Shown here in pieces: positions 25,901-43,100 of a DNA stretch of 64,000 nucleotides; the first letter of the stretch is position 1; each line of letters starts with the position of its first letter. The translations under genes and the position numbers were made by a program. Location: positions 1-64,000 of the forward strand of contig NW_020844765.1 of assembly GCF_003704095.1 (NCBI RefSeq), in the 5' to 3' direction. The stretch comes from Pocillopora damicornis. Its lineage: Eukaryota. The notes under the pieces are model-generated. The model was not told where the DNA came from, did no database searches, and saw nothing but the letters and a program-made list of their open reading frames with translations.

Positions 25901-27685
25901 CCGTTCGTTTTCACGGTTCCGCCACTTGATGCATTAAAGCGCCCACAAAACCGCAAGCTACATGTGTTAAGACGTTAAGATTCAATAGTACATTACGAGT
26001 AGGAGTTTAAGATTTTCATAGCAATGTTTTTGGCTGACAAAATGTCGATGGTTACCTGAAGCGCTTAAGCTAAATTACGCGGATACAAGGGGCCTGAACA
26101 AGGATAAAAACACAATTTATCTTCATCAGATTTCACGAAAAACAGACCCATAACGTTTGACGGACAAACAGCTCTCCACTTGACTCTGATGATAGCTTCC
26201 GCTTAGGTTGTCGAAACGTCTATCACTACTACAAGCAACAGTCCTTTTCAATACTATTCCCACTCGGACGACCCGAGTTCACGATCAACTATTTACTTAT
26301 TTGTCGTCTCTCTCTTTCCTCAAAGGAGAAGAAAAGATGAACTTGACAGGAATGGTGAAGTACGTCAGCAAATATGATAGCGGTGGGAGTATATTTGTAG
26401 GACTCAAAATTGATCACCCAGGTAAAGAAGCAACCATGAGTAGGATGGCTCCCAGGCTCTCTCTTCTACCTTGGAGAACGAGGCTGGGTTAAATGGCCGC
26501 AACCAATAGATTAATACTATTAAGGATGTTGAAACTTTCAATATATTTCAATTGACAGCTCATGAACTTCAAATCTGCCATTCAGTTTTGAGGACCCCCT
26601 TGAAATTCTAGTCTGTAATCTTGTCCGTTCTTCTCATCCACTAGACCTACATTTCATCTGTCCACCCCATTCCTCTTTAAGAGAGGCCGCTTTTGAAAAT
26701 GAAACAGAACGCAAGATCTGAGGTTATTTCAGCTGGCCTAAGACTTTTATGAGCAGAACATTATTGCCAGTTTTGTCGAGATTCAATTGGTCACATGGTA
26801 GTCGCATGGATTGATGGAGTAGAAAAGCAATGCCTCCATGTTTTTTTGTTCTCTTACAAAATATTATTCGAGCTTTGCTTACTATTTCTCTAACCTTGTA
26901 ACCTTTTATCTTCAGGAGCTTTTGGTGGTCAGGAATATAGCAGAGTGAAGCTGTCAGACATACATGCTGTTATGAATCCTCGTGTAGGTACTTTTAAGTT
27001 TTGTTTGTCCGTTTGTTTGCCATCGACGATTGATTTTGAACACCGTGACCAGCTACTCTTTTATCCGTACCACTAACTTGAACTGCGAAGAAATACGAGA
27101 AGGAGGCTATAATTCGTCAATAGTGAATGGATCAAAAAAGCTCTAGGAAATAGCATCAAGTTCGATTTAGCAGGATGTTCGAGTTTTAAAGATACATTCA
27201 TCAATGGGCTATAATTAACTTATAGGGTATAATTTTCATGTGCTCTAAACACGACAACATGTTTTCTTTTCTAACACTTGGGTGTTTTGCGCATGTATTT
27301 TGTATGCTAGATATGAAAATTAAACGCGCGCTTGACGCGCGTGTTATATACGATTTCAATGGGGTTAACCGATAGCCTTAAAACGGCCAAACCTTTAACC
27401 GTTAGGCGTATAAACTGTCAAATTTCAACCGTTAATTGTAAAAAAAGGTAACCGTTCAAAAAAATTCTGGTGACAACAATGGGATGATGTCAACCGTTAG
27501 TCATAAAATGGCCACAGTTTTAACTGCAAGCCGTAAAAGCCGTCACCCCATTGAGACCCTCGTAATGGCGCAATATACGTGTAAGCAATTCTGCATTAAA
27601 AAATTAGAACTCCTAGTTATATGAATATTTGTCCTTTTTGCAGACTCGTAACTTCTCTCGCATCAGACCTATGACATTTGACTAA
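16972..27685 (+). CDS. Unnamed long coiled-coil protein with Pro/Ser-rich linker and degenerate CAP-Gly-like C-terminus, ~14 exons (16972-17148, 18319-19254, 19711-20325, 20958-21030, 21321-21523, 21968-22043, 22192-22287, 22808-22951, 23685-23938, 24619-24688, 25495-25843, 26326-26421, 26916-26983, 27644-27685)
   Basis: E/K-rich heptad ORFs joined in frame at GT-AG sites. C-terminus reads VHKGDKVMI..GMVKYVSKYDSGGSIFVGLKIDHPG. Start codon uncertain. Confidence 0.75.
20302..20720 (+). repeat. ~146-bp tandem triplication containing an exon end and splice donor
   Basis: GCTGTAGACAAAGTGGTAAG..ACACCCTAACA..CTATACTGCTGTCTA recurs near 20311, 20457 and 20596. Confidence 0.85.
26181..26290 (+). repeat. 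Penelope-type terminal repeat with hammerhead-like core; reverse-strand partial relative at ~38760-38820
   Basis: GACT-CTGATGA-TAGCTTCCGCTTAGGTTGTC-GAAAC-GTC followed by CAACAGTCCTTTTCA..CACTCGGACGA. Confidence 0.55.
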
Positions 27686-29081
27686 ATGCAATACCCACAC
27701 TGACGGCCAGTCATGGAATGCTATTTTGCAATTGATGCATGAAGTCCCATTGCAAGAGCGCAAGTCGACCGAAGGAATCATCTGCCATTCAAAATAGTTA
27801 GTGTTAACCCTTCACACCTTAACGTCAGTATCCATATTCTCCTTACTCGTCTTTATACATTTCCTTAGAAACTGACAAGGAGAATTGGTTTAACAATCAA
27901 AGCTACTTAGTTTGGCGATCATTTCTTCAACTCTCATGATCGTAATGAATGATTCACCAATTTTTTAGTTGAGAGAAATTATATGCTAGTCACTCGTAGA
28001 GTTTAAAGGATTTAAGAGGCATTTACTGCTCTTCTCCCATTTCACATTGACCTTCTTTACAGACGCTAAGCAAACAATTAGATTGATTTTTTAAATTTTT
28101 TATGGGTGTTCATCAGTAGATCCCAATTATTTCTTATATAATTCATGCATTTGAATGTTTTCTCACAAAAAATATTTTTTTGGTAAATCAAATTTTATAA
28201 AATCGACAAATCATTTCAATATTATTATTTTTTTTTGGTATCTGATATTTTTACTGTGGTAGAGCTTTCAATTATGAAATGACCAACGATTTGAACGTTT
28301 TTTTCACCAACTATATATAGTGTAGTATTAAAACGAAAATAGTGTTTAATTTGTACGTGTATATAGTGCCGGATAATTTGATGAACTTATATAGCCGTGT
28401 GACAGTTGCAAATGTGTAAAGTATTTTTCTAGCTATTACAATTAGATACACCCATAAATTTACATTTAATCTTTAACTTGATTTTATAATACCCTAGACG
28501 TCTTACTCAATTAAAAGATACTAAAAATGTTTTACATCACTTTTGTGTACTGTTTACTTAATAATTTCCAAGGGTATGGTAAATTGAAGGTAATCGTGTG
28601 TAATGATCAATTATATTTTGTTTGTATATATCAAAACACAAACCCACTAAACGCCAATCTAAATTGATTTTCAACTCCAAAGAGGCTCCAGTGACAATAA
28701 TTCCTTCACAAGCTTGTGTTACGATAGAAAACAACTTGGCAATAGTAGTATTTACGTCAAGGAACTGTGACGAATACTGAGGAGTAGCTTAAGATATACT
28801 GAGAATCCGTCCACGGTGTAGAAGCAGTAATCCTTATCGCTTAATGCTTAGTAACCGGTATACGCTCCGCTATTTTGCCTACTTTTTCTAGCCATGTCTT
28901 GCCGATGTCAATCATTCATTAACTGCGGAACAGAGGAAAGACTTATGTTTCTGACAGATGACGTAACTCTAAAAGAACACTGACATTAAGCAGAGTTTGA
29001 TACTTTAAAGACAATGACACAAATTTTATTGACAATATCGTTCAGCACATGTAAAGTTATGGAGTGACATAAACTTGATTT

Positions 29082-33527
<4,446 letters not shown>

Positions 33528-33838
33528 TTTGATCTACCCGATATGCTTTGCAGCCTCTATTCCAGGTAACATTAATATCCGGTAGGGGGTGGTGTTCGTA
33601 TACGTTTGTGCTCCGTTTTAAATAGGGAATGTAAAATGAACAACAAAAAAAAAAACAACCAAATTCATATGAAACACCACAAATGATCCATTTTTATTGC
33701 CAAAAATTTTCATAGAGTCGACATTAAATGAGAGTGTCTCAGTTAAAACGCGATATCTTCATCTTCCCTTCCCGCCCCCGTCGATAAGAGGGAAATAAAA
33801 GAACGAGAAATGTTTTATGTGACATCACTTGAAACTAC
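33528..33838. promoter_or_regulatory. Bidirectional promoter PSMB5(-)/SDR(+)
   Basis: ATGs ~310 bp apart; AAAATGGCGG overlaps the PSMB5 start codon; GC box CCCGCCCC at ~33771. Confidence 0.6.
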
Positions 33839-34624
33839 ATGAGTGCGGTGGGAATCATCATGGGAGACGGCAACAGTACCTTATGGCCGTTCAAAACTGT
33901 TTTCATAACAGGAGCCAATCGGGGAATCGGATTAGCACTCGTCAAGCGATTTTTAAGCCTTTGCCATCCTCCAGAATATGTCTTTGCCACTTATCGAACT
34001 TTAGAGACAGCCTCAGAGCTGAAATCGCTCAGCGAAGTGAACACGAATCTTCACATGTTAGAATTGGACGTCAACAACATCGAGAGCTTCGATAAAGTTG
34101 TTTCAGAAGTGGATAGTAAATTAGAGAATCGCGGTTTAGATTTGTTGATAAACAACGCAGGAATTATGGACAGGAGTAAGTTGGATGCTGTAACCGCTGA
34201 GGGCATGATTCAAGTTTATAAAACCAACGTCGTTGCTCCGTTGATGTTGACCAAAGCGTTCTTGCCTCTTCTTCGCCGTTCTGTATCTCAAAGAAACAAG
34301 GACGATTCTTCTAAGACTTTCATTGTCAATATGTCATCTGGAGCTGGCTCCATAACAAATAACACGTGGAGTACGATGTACCCATATCGACCGAGCAAAG
34401 CGGCATTGAACATGATTACGAAATCTTTAAGCGTCGACCTAGCTGACGAGGGGATCATGGCAGTTGCGTTACATCCAGGATGGGTTCAAACGGACATGGG
34501 AGGATCAAATGCTTCGCTAACGATTAAGGAATCGGTTGATGGGCTGATTACAGTCATCGGCTCTTTAGACGAGTCAAAGAATGGAGGATTCCTGGATTAT
34601 ACTGGCAAGACATTACCTTGGTAG
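33839..34624 (+). CDS. Intronless short-chain dehydrogenase/reductase, C-factor (CsgA)/sniffer-like
   Basis: TGANRGIG, INNAG, NMSS, YRPSKAALN (YxxxK), LHPGWVQTDMGG, C-terminal GKTLPW. Confidence 0.92.
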   Translation: MSAVGIIMGDGNSTLWPFKTVFITGANRGIGLALVKRFLSLCHPPEYVFATYRTLETASELKSLSEVNTNLHMLELDVNNIESFDKVVSEVDSKLENRGLDLLINNAGIMDRSKLDAVTAEGMIQVYKTNVVAPLMLTKAFLPLLRRSVSQRNKDDSSKTFIVNMSSGAGSITNNTWSTMYPYRPSKAALNMITKSLSVDLADEGIMAVALHPGWVQTDMGGSNASLTIKESVDGLITVIGSLDESKNGGFLDYTGKTLPW

Positions 34625-35378
34625 AGCGATTTAGACAGGGCAGCCCTCCTGGGAATGAGTGTTGGTTAAACTAATAGACACAGGAGAGCCTTAAGGCTTC
34701 TTTAGGAGATGATATATTTACCAGCCGAACCGACGAAGATACTTTCTTCTGGAACTCTAGGCGATAGCTAGATGATGAGAGGCTTCAATGATAGGCTTTG
34801 AGCCCTACTTTTATGTGAATTTAATCGCTCAATAAAATGATGGTCTCTCGATTTATATGAATCTCAACAGTTTATCCTTCCATCCTTCACACAGGATGGA
34901 AAAAGGGAGGGGTGGCTCTTTCGGGTATCACTTGAGGAATTTGTATGATCGTTAAAATGCTCTGTTTTTCTCTTAGTGATTGTGTGGTAAAAAACACGTA
35001 ACTTGGGCAACCAGTCACGTGATAGACTATACCAATTGCGACAAAACCAAAACTCACTTAAATTTCCGGAGCTTCAAGCAGCTTGTTTGAAATTGTGAAA
35101 CTCATCTATTTTCTGATTGGCTGTTGAAACTTCTTGGTAAATTCATTCACCAAAGTTTGATATTTATCAGTGGTAACTCGTGAGTGATGCGCAATTGTGC
35201 GAGGTGGTTGGGAAGGTCTTCAGAGTGTATCTGCATTAATGCCAACTGAGGAATTACAACGTTATAACCTGTGTCAAAAATTTTCCAGCATTTCTGAAAT
35301 TTGTCATGATCGGGGAGAACTGGAATCTAGTCGCCAGACTCCTTCGAGTGTTGCCCGGTTTTACTTTTGCGTTGTAAC

Positions 35379-38092
35379 ATGGCAAGTTCGGGAAACTACA
35401 GCGATCAGGAAAAGGCTCTAGAGTACGTTAAATCACTCATCAGACCTTTCCCAGACTTTCCTATACCTGGAATCATTTTTAGGTAAGTTTGTTCTTAAAT
35501 TAAGATATGCAAATTTGTTGGGAGAAGATCACTCAAGCGGCAAACAGTGCATGTCTAACTCATTTGGTGCTTCAAGAGTGGTACTGTTCTTTTAAATGTT
35601 GTGACGGATATTTCCACGTTTTGTTTCGCTGGTGTAGTAAACCTCATGCGCTGAATTATTTGCAGAATACGCTGATTTAGCTACACAAATCGAAATAAAA
35701 TTTTAAACTTACTCTCAATTGTGTCCAACCGGTTCAAGACGGGCTTAAATTTGTTTAGTTAATGGCAGTAACATACACCTCACATTTGACGTCATTCGAT
35801 CTCCTCGTGTGACGTGTAGATGGGGTTTTCCGCGCAGGAAAAAAGATCACGGAAACATTTCCGAATAACATCATACTATTCCAAAACAAAGCCGTAATCC
35901 CAAAGGCAATCTATTGTTTTCATTATCGTTTTTGTTATCCAATAATAGTGTGCATAATGAAGAATGGAACTGAGCGGGAACCAAACGAAAATCACATTTA
36001 ATCTAATCCTGAATGTTTTTTTTTTCCCTTCAGGGACATCTGCCCTGTTTTGTACGATTGCAATGCATTGAGGACAGTTACTGACATCTTGACTGAGCAC
36101 ATAAAGGCAAACTTTGCAGGCGTTGATGCTATTGTGGGTTCGTGCAAAATCTTCTTATGTTAGAACTTAGTGGAGTTTTTCCAGTGCTCTAATTGCAGTG
36201 TCAGGTATCAGGGGATGCATCACTTACAATATGGAAAGTTCAGACAAAAGGCAATGGTATTATGACTGTCAAGTGTCTTTCAGGCACACACTGAGAAAAG
36301 TAGCCTGTTAAGAGGACATTAGTATCTGAGATTGAAATTATATTCTGATATAAATCTCAGAGAATGATACAATGTTATTTATGAGTGATTTTATTTGTAA
36401 TTTTGGCAATTTTAATTGTTTTGTTAGGAGGCCTACTTGAAACTCATCAAGCCTCATGGTCCCTCGGCAAAGCAAATAAACTGAATACTGGAATAAAAAA
36501 GTTGTCTATGTAAAGTTCTGTTGTAATGCTCTCAAGTCTGGTTTATAAGGAGATGAGAAGAAAAGGGAACTTCCAAGCCAATATTTTTAGATTTTGTTAT
36601 GCTCTTATAAACTTATCAGAGATATTTTCTGTTTATCTTTTTATGATTTTTGCTGTATATTTTGCAGGTCTTGATGCCAGAGGGTTTTTATTTGGGCCTA
36701 TTTTGTCTCTGAATCTAAATTTGCCTTTTGTCCCAGTCCGTAAATCTGGGAAATTGCCTGGGCCAACAGTGAAGGTTTCTTCGACAAAAGAATATGGCAA
36801 AGTGAGAATTAAAAAAAAGAAATTTTAATATGTGCTGTCAAAGGTTTTTGTAACCTATGTTGCTCATGACTGGTAGGACTAGTCTGTGTGTCAGTAACAC
36901 TAAGAAAAAAGAAAGGGAAAAGAAAAACATTGACATTTTTATTGTGAGTTGCTATTTCATCATAAGAGTTTGTAGGAGTCTTGCTGGGAACCAAACAAAC
37001 TCACAAAGGCCTTAACAAAGATGTGTGTAGCAGAAGTCTGGAAAGCTAACCACCACACCACACTTCTTACACTAGTCGTAAAGTGATTATCACTTTCCTA
37101 TGATTGAGAAATTGTCATCCAACCAAATTCATGCTAATATGAATATTTATTTAATAATCAGTTTTCATTTTTAGGATGTTCTTGAGATGCAAGTTGATGG
37201 CATCCAGAAAGGCCAAAAAGTTGTCATAGTTGATGACCTGCTTGCCACGGGGGGTAAGGAATGAATATTTCATAAAGAGTACATTTGGAGTAAGTGTTGT
37301 ATCACTAACACAAAGTAATCCGATAAAACCCTTAGGTGTGGGCAAACAAAAGTGACCATGTGATGATAGATCTAAGTTTTAATTCTGATTTTTTTGAGAC
37401 TGGTAGATGAGTTTTTTCAGACCAACAGAATCATAGAGTTAACCCTTTAACTTCCATGAGTGACCAAGAGAGAATTTCTCTTGACATTGTCAGTGCAATA
37501 TCAAGCACGCAAGTGATGAGAATAACAAAAAATAGATATAAGGGGATTTTAGTTGATCCAATACCAAATTCTCCAAGTTAACATTGTATAAATTTTTATG
37601 GCAGATAGTAAGGAGGATTAATGGTGAGATCTCGGGAGTGAAAGGGTTAAGCATAGATTTCATTTGAGTGAAGAACCTTAACCAAAGTAAAACCACAACT
37701 GCCAATCAGAATGAAGGAAAATAGCACAAGGAGCCAATCAGAACTGAATTTGAAACAGGAAAACTGACCAAGTTGCAAATTAGTTTTAATTTTAAACCTG
37801 ATTGTTTGAGAAAGTGGTGCAAGCCTTTTGGACCAATTGCTGAGAAAAGTAAAGAAAAGCCAAAAGCAATCATGTTTGGTATTACTTTTGAATTGCTCTT
37901 GTAACTAAACAAGACAGTAAACAAATTGATATAAGAATTTTAAACATTGTTACAGGCACTCTACAAGCAGCTTGTCAACTGGTGAAAGATGCTGGTGGGG
38001 AAGTGTTAGAGTGTGTCTTGATCGTTGAACTGGAGGAACTGGATGGAAAAAGCAAGGTCCCTGCTCCTTGCTACTGTTTGTTGAAGTTCTAG
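35379..38092 (+). CDS. APRT: Adenine phosphoribosyltransferase, 5 exons (35379-35482, 36034-36137, 36668-36801, 37175-37253, 37956-38092)
   Basis: [37 protein letters not shown] and PRPP motif [13 protein letters not shown]. Confidence 0.96.
36173..36321 (+). ncRNA. Possible H/ACA snoRNA in APRT intron 2
   Basis: Hairpin GAGTTTTTCCA..TGGAAAGTTC, H box AGACAA, second hairpin with CAGGC/GCCTG, then ACA-TTA. The hinge is long and no target was identified. Confidence 0.35.
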
Positions 38093-40109
38093 AAAGCAAT
38101 TATTGTGGAGAACAAGAGGTCATATAGATTGTTTATATTCAAACTAGAGAACAGGATACCGTTTTTAGAAAACGAATGATTGATATAACAGGTATTCCCC
38201 AGTAATCACAGTGCACTTTTTTCCTATGGTTTGGTATGTTTGGTAATCATGTCCAAGAAAGGAAGTGAAAGGAAATGAGTAGTGAATAGAAACGTTATTA
38301 GAGATGGGGAATTGGGTTTATTTCTAAGTATTTCAACAACGTTTTGTAACAAACCGTCCAAACGATAGGAAGAGGGACGGTACATCGTTAAGGCAATAAA
38401 AGGGAAGGACACACTTAACCTCCTCTGTGGACTTTTCAAATGAAAGAAAGGTTTCTCGTATCTGCCACAAAGAATAACTTGCTCTTCACATCAATTCCTG
38501 GAACTATTTTGTCTTTTCGCAGCGCAATTTTCTTTTTTTGGAAAGATTCAAGTCTGCACACAAATTTCGCGACACAAACACTTTCGTTAACTTCCACGGT
38601 AATTTAAAATTTAAAAAGGTATTTTTTGGTCCTTAACTACCAATGATCGATATTTCCTTTGTTGTCACGTACCATTTTGTCCACTCTTTGTACATGATTG
38701 GGCAAGTCTTAACTTGTGATAAATGGTTTAACCCCAGGGGTAACATTTGATCGCATTGTTTGATTGTCTGATGAGGGTGGTCCTGAGAAAGACCGTTGTC
38801 GGTAGTGATGACTGACGTTAAAACTGAAAGCCAACAAAATGATGACTTCGTTGACAGAAAATGCAATTGTTCTAGCTAGTATAGCTAAGGGTTTTGACTT
38901 TCATGGGATTTGCTCCTTGGATGAGCAACTTTAAGATAGAGAATTGCGCTTTAACAATCTTTGCAAGTCGCCCGAGAACTGCCTTGCTCTTCTGTGACAC
39001 TTTATGTAAACGGTTTGGCCAAATTTTTACTTAAAGCGAACGATTCCACCAGTGACACACGGGCTATTAACGTTGTTACTTTTTTTCTTGACAGTAGAGG
39101 AGAACCGCTTTCCTTTCGAAGACTGCGTATGCACACTAACTATTTCAGTCGGTTGTCTCTGCCCCAAGTCCCTCGCTTAACTGAAATATGTGAATTTCGG
39201 ATTGTAGCTACCGCCAGTCAGTTTTACTGTTAGGTCGATTTTCGATGATCTCTCGAGAAGCGCCTTCGTTCCTTGTGGAAAATTGGTTGCAACTATTTTT
39301 TTTCTTTTGCGCACTTAATTTTTGTAACTGTCCGTCAGCTTCGCTTTTATTTTGTAATTAACTCCTCAGATTAATTTGCTCCTCTGTAATAATTAATTTC
39401 GGTCTGGAGCTTAATGTGATTTTAAAGAAGCGCTGCGGCTGTTTGAAACACAACTTGTTTGAACTTTTAATCAAATCGCAGAGAATTAAAAATCTGTAAT
39501 AATGCTCTGTGCCAGAACAAAAGCCGAATGAAGCAATAAAATTCAAATTAGAGGTGGCTTTCAAAACTAGAGCCGACTCCATTTGACAGCTTCAAGATAA
39601 TTTCTCAATACTTATCACTATTTTGCCCTATTTTTGAAATTAAAGCATTCTTTAATGCTTGTGGGATCCTACGCTGTAGTGGAACTAAAACATGGTGCTG
39701 ATGAAGTGTTTTGCTATCAGGCGAGGAGTCTTAAAAAAAAGATGTGAGTTCATATGGGCGACGAACTTGGCATTTGCTGTCATTTATATTTGTTCACTTA
39801 ACAAACAACTCTTTTGATTTTTGTTTAAGGCTTTGTCAATCAATCAAAAGCGAACATTTACGCGCACAAAAGAGCAATGTGTTAATATATTCGAGAAAAT
39901 CAGGGACAGTGTAAACTTGTGCATGGCTTTATTTCCGATAGCTACATTCTTCGGGTATTAATCACCTGATGTTGCTCGCGAACCAAGAAAACCTCCTTTG
40001 AATGTTCGCGCTTGTCCATTCTGAGTTGCACCAACGACTTGTCCTTTTTCCCATCGCAGTGGATAAGATCGAACAGCTAGCTCGTTAATTTCCTGCGGCC
40101 AAACGAAAC

Positions 40110-43100
40110 ATGAAGTTCGAAGACGTTTACGAAATCAAGGAGCTCATCGGGAAAGGGTCGTTTGCTGAAGTGAAGAAATGCGTCAATCGTAAGACACTAC
40201 AGCTGTACGCGGTGAAGGAAATTCATTATGAAGATGCAGAACACAGAGAGAAAGTAGAAAATGAGTCGGAGGTAAGAGTGCTTTAGGCTGTTCATGTATA
40301 CTTCGCTTAGTAGACATTTATAGGTATCGACTTAAGAAATGGCATCAGTGTGATGCAATCACAGATAGTGGTTGATCGCGTAATAAACATAATATTTCTC
40401 AGATAAAACTCAAAACTTAGATGGGATGCGGCAAAACTCTTAGCAATTCGTGCGCCCTCTTCGTTTCTGTTGTTTATTTTAGCGCTAAAATACCGTGTGA
40501 AATATTCAGTTGTATTTTGAGGTCTCTTACAGTTAACTGACACTGCTTTGTTGAGATTCCGTCCAATTTCTAGCCGTTAGCTCAGTTGAATAACTATGTA
40601 CACTTGATTGATGTGTCTAAAAAACTTCACCATTTTTTTGCCTGTCAGCTAACGCATCATTAAATGTTTCTTGTGACAACAGCTTTTGCTTTCTACACCA
40701 ACATTTTTTAAACCAACAGGCATCAGGTTGTTTTTCTCAGAGTGATGCTAAAAAATATATCAACTTGAAATACCATGAAACAAACGGAATATGACATTAT
40801 TGAGACATCAAAAGTAGTCGCTTTTTTATGGTAAAATGTAAACTGAAAATGCAGCTGTTTCTCCACATTTTAAATTTTCTCTTATTTTTAATCGAATTGA
40901 TTTGGTTCTCTTTCATCAGTTGGCTCTCTTTGTGACTTACATTTTTTGGTGAGGCTGTTTAGATTTTGCTGTAAAGATTGCCAATTATTTTCTTAAGTTT
41001 ATTACAAATAGGATTAAAACATTTGGAAAGCTTAAGTACGAGGAATTTAGGTGAATTGCTCGGGAAAACAGGGTGTATTATAGATCGATTATTCAGAACC
41101 CAGGGAAAAAAGATGACGATAGTTGATGTCAAAATACTAAAAAAATTCGCTAGAGTTTTTCATCGCCTTCGAAATAAGCCGATTTAAAAATCAATTGGAT
41201 GTATACAAACATATTATACTCCCCGCATTCAGAAATTTTCACTCCAAAAAATATTTACTCCAAGAAAATTTATCTTTAAGAGTTAACTGAATCGCGTGCG
41301 TTGCAGATCATATTCTTAATCGACGCAACCGCTGGACTCTCATGATACAATATTATTTGCAAAACGAGTGAAAGCAATCTTCATGTAATTTTAACCCAAT
41401 TAGCACTAAACTATCAGTTATAGCATTGATAATTGTGGGTTTAATTTCTCCTATACTTTTAACGTTACAATTTTAATTATTTCTATTGTTCTTACTTCAT
41501 CACGTTGTACAGAAACATTTATTGCTCGCCGCACATATCTGTTTTCAAAGTGTTCATACGTCCATGACGGATACCTCCCTTGTGCAATTTCATTCGGCGG
41601 TCTCTTTGTTGCGGCAGGCAGACGCCGCGTCAGGTGTGCCGCATTGAAAGACTGGACGATCATATTCTTTCTCGAGCTTATCCTATTTAACTACTGTGGC
41701 TTTTTCCTCTTCCTGTTAGTTTGTAGGGACTAGCGAAAAAGCGGGCGATCAAAAGAAAGATCGTAGATCTTTTACCACAGGATCTATTAGATCAATAATA
41801 AAAACATTCGTGGACTCGTCTGACAAGCTTCCGCTACTATATGACTGACTCGTATCCATAACCTTTTGTTTTTATACGTATCTGACGACAGATCTTAGAA
41901 GAGCTAAATCACGTGAGCATAGTTCGTCTGGAAGAAGTGTTCTATGCTGATGGAAAAGTGCTCATGGTGCTGGAATACTTACCTGGAGGGGACCTTTTCG
42001 ATGGACTGGTATCTAGACCCTTTTACAGCGAGAAGGACGCATGCGCTTGTGCCCAACAGATCATCAGAGCACTACACTATTTGTCAAGGAAAGGGATTAT
42101 TCATCGGGTGAGGATTATTATGATCTTGATTCTTTATACCTTAAGATAAATCCTTAAAAGTTAAATATTCAACCTCTTTACACTAGATTCCTTAAAAGGA
42201 AACAAAGAAGCTTAATTCATGTGTACGATATCTCTCATGCAAAAATACTGTACAATATCAGTGGATTGCGGAGAAGGACTCAGGAAAAAATTATTACGAT
42301 CTGCGTAAAGCGCTGGAAAGACGACATTCACGGTTTGTTCCACGTGCAATTGGCCAATGAGGTCACAGAAATTGTTAGCTGCTCAAAGGTTCTTTAAAAC
42401 TATCCAGTTTGAGGATTAAAAGTTTAATATACGACCCGACCACACCCTAAACTCTCTGTTTTCTTTTTTTTAACTCCCCCGCTACAAAAACGCAGTTCAC
42501 CATCGCGGTTTTTTTTACTAATCGAAGGCTTGGAACTTGCTTCAAGGCCTCGAGCTCTTAGTCGAATTGTTTCCCTCTTATTTTGTAGGATTTGAAACCA
42601 GAGAATCTTTTGTTGGCCGAGAAACCAGAAGTGGACCGTCCACCGATTATCAAACTCACAGACTTTGGAATTGCAAAAAGGATACAAGGTGAATTAAATA
42701 TTGCTTTCATGAAATAGTAAATAAAAAATTGTATTCTGTTATTGAAAACCGCAGTAAAAAAAAACAGACCGCAATGAGAACAAAGAGCCAATCATAGATC
42801 AAAATATATAGATGCATATGGACTAAGGCGCGGGAAATCGGGTGTGACCAAGTCGCGGTTGGTTTGATTTTTCTTCTGATTGGTTAATGGAATGCTTTCC
42901 TAGACCAATCACTGACGGTTCTGAGGTAAAACCAATGCAATCCCAGATTTCTTTGGACACTCAGTTGAATATAACTGCAAACTGTTTTTTAAATTTCTCT
43001 TTAGACGGAAGACAAATGGTTGATTGCCACGGTAGCGGCTCACCAATGTACCTTGCACCAGAGACTATAATGGAGAGGCCAGTAAATGGTGCTGTAGACA

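Noticed and set aside
37359-37435. Possible C/D snoRNA in APRT intron 4 (GTGATGA...CTGA)
   Set aside because: No convincing terminal stem, box D position or guide.
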